Of a DNA stretch of 8,447 nucleotides, positions 6,154 through 8,447 are shown piece by piece; position 1 is the first letter of the stretch, and each line of letters starts with the position of its first letter. The translations under genes and the position numbers were made by a program. The notes under the pieces are model-generated. The model made no database searches. It worked only from the letters and a program-made list of their open reading frames with translations, and was not told where the DNA came from. The stretch lies in the NCBI GenBank assembly GCA_049973735.1, contig JBMFJL010000023.1, positions 1-8,447 of the forward strand. Reading direction: 5' to 3'. The stretch comes from Nanopusillaceae archaeon. GTDB taxonomy: Archaea; Nanobdellota; Nanobdellia; Nanobdellales; Nanobdellaceae.

Positions 6154-7788
6154 ATGATAAACGAAATGAAATTATCACATTTTGATTATTCCCTAATAAC
6201 TGAAGGAAATAATATTTTCATTTTACCTTTACTATATAGTAGTAGGTATTTCGGTTTATTATCTAGATATAACAACTTTTATATCAAAACTATAGATAGA
6301 ATAGAAAACATGAATTTAAAAAATAAAAAAATTGAAGAAATAAAATTAAAAGACTATAACGAATTAGAAATTTTGTATGAAGATAATAGTTGGGAAAATT
6401 ATAAATTATTAGATGGAAAATTAATATATAAAACTAATAGAGAAGCATATTTGAAGGTATATTTTGATGTAAGGCACTTATATGATATAGATGAATGGGG
6501 AAGGATATATAATTACAGAAAAATTAATGATAATTTAGTAGAAATTACTTTTAATAAAGGAGAAATAAATTATATTATTAGAATTAAAGACTTCATATAT
6601 CTATATGAAAATAATGAAAAATGGGTAAAAGTATATTATAATTATGATGAATATAGAAAATCTCCTCCATATGATAGGTACCTATATGTACCATTTACAT
6701 TTTTATCAAATAAATTAGAGATCATACTTTCTAGTAATATTAAAAATAATATAGATGAAGATAGATTTAACATTAACAAGCTAATAAAGAAAAGATTAGA
6801 ATCTTTTATTTATGATAATAAAATTGCTGCCGGATTTCCATGGTATTTCCAAGAGTGGACTAGGGATGTTCTAATTTCCTTACCAGGATTATATAAAGCA
6901 GGATTTAAAGATCTTGTAAAGAAAAAATTAATCGAATATTCAGAGTTATTTTTAGATGATGGAAGATTAAGAAATATAAACGGACAAAATATAGGAAATT
7001 CTGATGGATTAGGATTATATATAAAAAGATTATTTGATTTCAAAGATTTATTTGATTCATTTGAATTTAATAAACTTTTATCAAATGCATTAATAGCTTT
7101 GAATTCATACGAATACAATTATCTTGATGATAAATATTTCCTTTTTAGAGCGTATCCAAATGAAACTTGGATGGATACATTAAATAGACAGTATCCAATC
7201 GAAATCCAGTTTTTAATGATGGATGTCTATGATAATCTATACAATCATACAAAAAATATTGAATATAAAGAAAAGTTGGAAAAATTAAAGAATTCTGTAA
7301 AACTTTATTATCTATCTGATTCATCTTTATACGATGATTTGAAAGACAGAAAAATAAGATGTAACATATTTTTATCCTACTATTATTATCCAAAATTGTT
7401 CTCCAATATTGAATGGGAGAAAATATTTGACTATGCAATGTTACATTTATATCTAGACTGGGGTGGAATTTCAAGTCTATCAAAATTAGATAAAAACTTT
7501 ATAAAAGATACAAACGAAGACAATTACTTCCTGAATGAGGGAAAATCAATGCACAATGGAGATTCATGGATATATATAAATAATATTGCGGCTATATCAT
7601 TATATAAAGTAAATAAAGAGAAATATAGAGATGAAATAAATAAAATTTTAGAATCAGATTTACAATTAATTAAAATGATAGGAACATTACCTGAGAGATC
7701 TAGCGCCAGTAAATTAAAACCTGCAGGGGCCCTACATCAACTCTGGTCTTTAGCTACTTATATTGAATTAAAAGATGTGGTGGCATAA
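6154..7788 (+). CDS. Archaeal-type glycogen debranching enzyme (amylo-alpha-1,6-glucosidase, GDE_C-like (alpha/alpha)6 domain) with an unassigned N-terminal domain
   Basis: From about residue 225 it shows AAGFPWYFQEWTRDVLISLPGL (the family's PW(F/Y)..WGRD..I.LPGL-type motif), then WMDTL, HNGDSWIYINN and ALHQLWSLATYIEL near the C-terminus. Residues 1 to about 225 are N/K/Y/I-rich with no motif I recognise. Confidence 0.85.
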   Translation: MINEMKLSHFDYSLITEGNNIFILPLLYSSRYFGLLSRYNNFYIKTIDRIENMNLKNKKIEEIKLKDYNELEILYEDNSWENYKLLDGKLIYKTNREAYLKVYFDVRHLYDIDEWGRIYNYRKINDNLVEITFNKGEINYIIRIKDFIYLYENNEKWVKVYYNYDEYRKSPPYDRYLYVPFTFLSNKLEIILSSNIKNNIDEDRFNINKLIKKRLESFIYDNKIAAGFPWYFQEWTRDVLISLPGLYKAGFKDLVKKKLIEYSELFLDDGRLRNINGQNIGNSDGLGLYIKRLFDFKDLFDSFEFNKLLSNALIALNSYEYNYLDDKYFLFRAYPNETWMDTLNRQYPIEIQFLMMDVYDNLYNHTKNIEYKEKLEKLKNSVKLYYLSDSSLYDDLKDRKIRCNIFLSYYYYPKLFSNIEWEKIFDYAMLHLYLDWGGISSLSKLDKNFIKDTNEDNYFLNEGKSMHNGDSWIYINNIAAISLYKVNKEKYRDEINKILESDLQLIKMIGTLPERSSASKLKPAGALHQLWSLATYIELKDVVA

Positions 7789-8447
7789 ATACGGATTTAT
7801 AAGAAATCCACTGGATATAAGACCAAATGAAGATCTAGTTGGAGTAGATGATATAGTAAAAAAAGTAAAATATGCTATTAGAAATGGAGAAATATTTCTT
7901 CTATACGGACCTATTGGATCTGGAAAAACCTCATTAGCTTTTAAAATAAAGAAAGATCTATCAGAAGAATATAATGTAATCTATATAAATGGAGAATATG
8001 AAAAAGATATAGATAAAAAAATAGAAGAAGAATCCTATATAAAGTTTTTATTCTTTAAATTTAAGAATAAATTACCCATAGTTTTAATATTGGATGAATT
8101 TTACAATTTTCCAGAAGAGATATCTAAGAAATTAAAATATATGTATGATAATGGGATTGTATATTCAATAATGTTAATACAACCTTCTCCACAAATTATG
8201 AATGCAACAGTATCTTTCTTGAATAGATTATATGAAAAAATAGAAATGCATTTTCCATCAGAAGATGATATAATAAATCTAATAAATAAAAAACTAAAGA
8301 ATAAAATTGTTTTTGACGAAAATTTCTTAAGAAATATAATAAGAAAAAATAATAATAATGTAAGATCTATTTTTATAGAGCTAAATAATATTTTATCTAA
8401 CATGAAACATCCTGTAAAAGGGGTTATTAAGAGTAATATAGATACAC
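7775..8447 (+). CDS. AAA+/P-loop ATPase (ExeA/AAA_22- or ORC-like architecture), 3' end outside the window; NOT in the supplied ORF track
   Basis: My own translation from the ATG at 7775 is open for 224 codons to the window edge: MWWHKYGFIRNPLDIRPNEDLVGVDDIVKKVKYAIRNGEIFLLYGPIGSGKTSLA... It has Walker A GPIGSGKTS (7907-7933), Walker B VLILDEF (8081-8101) and a sensor-2-like NVRSIFIELNNIL. The start overlaps the debranching-enzyme 3' end by 14 nt. Confidence 0.8.
   Translation, partial: MWWHKYGFIRNPLDIRPNEDLVGVDDIVKKVKYAIRNGEIFLLYGPIGSGKTSLAFKIKKDLSEEYNVIYINGEYEKDIDKKIEEESYIKFLFFKFKNKLPIVLILDEFYNFPEEISKKLKYMYDNGIVYSIMLIQPSPQIMNATVSFLNRLYEKIEMHFPSEDDIINLINKKLKNKIVFDENFLRNIIRKNNNNVRSIFIELNNILSNMKHPVKGVIKSNIDT

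Noticed and set aside
6810-7483. Two minus-strand ORFs (102 aa at 6810-7118, 112 aa at 7145-7483) antisense to the debranching enzyme
   Set aside because: Both are L/F/I/S/N-rich translations, typical of the antisense of K/E/N/D-rich coding sequence. The plus strand carries the conserved GDE motifs, and neither ORF has plausible promoter spacing.
8101-8403. 100-aa minus-strand ORF offered by the track in the last 350 nt
   Set aside because: The plus strand here is part of a 224-codon open frame with Walker A and B motifs (the AAA+ ATPase). The minus-strand product is low-complexity F/L/I/S sequence, so it is a shadow ORF.
1-8447. CRISPR arrays, tandem repeats, tRNA/rRNA genes, IS elements, integrases or a defence island
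   Set aside because: I saw no regularly spaced direct repeats and no GC-rich structured islands. The only GC-rich patch, about 7721-7747, is inside the debranching CDS. There are no terminal inverted repeats and no transposase- or integrase-like translations. Non-coding space totals only about 116 nt, which leaves no room for such elements.

Overview
The window is very AT-rich (about a quarter G+C by eye, not computed) and almost entirely coding. With my preferred start codons, only about 116 nt lie outside ORFs. An SBDS-family gene, TATA-type promoters about 26-27 nt upstream of start codons, and overlapping genes point to an archaeon with a compact, possibly reduced genome. DPANN/Nanoarchaeota-like is a guess, not a determination. 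The core is an alpha-glucan (glycogen) metabolism island with four enzymes: a eukaryote-type GT3 glycogen synthase, an archaeal GT5-type (GlgA-like) glycogen synthase, a GH57 alpha-amylase-type hydrolase, and an amylo-alpha-1,6-glucosidase-type debranching enzyme. The enzymes themselves are ordinary. The unusual part is the minus-strand operon at 446-3718. There, a 106-aa orphan protein and an intact ParA/MinD-type deviant-Walker-A ATPase are joined by ATGA stop/start overlaps to the GT3 synthase, and a 5-TM membrane protein follows. I read this as a candidate, undescribed positioning or assembly module for the synthase or for glucan granules; this is inference only. Other points: a 224-codon AAA+ ATPase ORF (7775 to the window end) is missing from the supplied track. 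Two very short divergent promoter regions imply leaderless mRNAs, and one of them has a single palindromic TATA core midway between two start codons. Two convergent gene pairs have a 1-nt gap and a 33-nt overlap, with oligo-T terminators embedded in the opposing gene. I found no rRNA, tRNA, CRISPR array, transposase or integrase.
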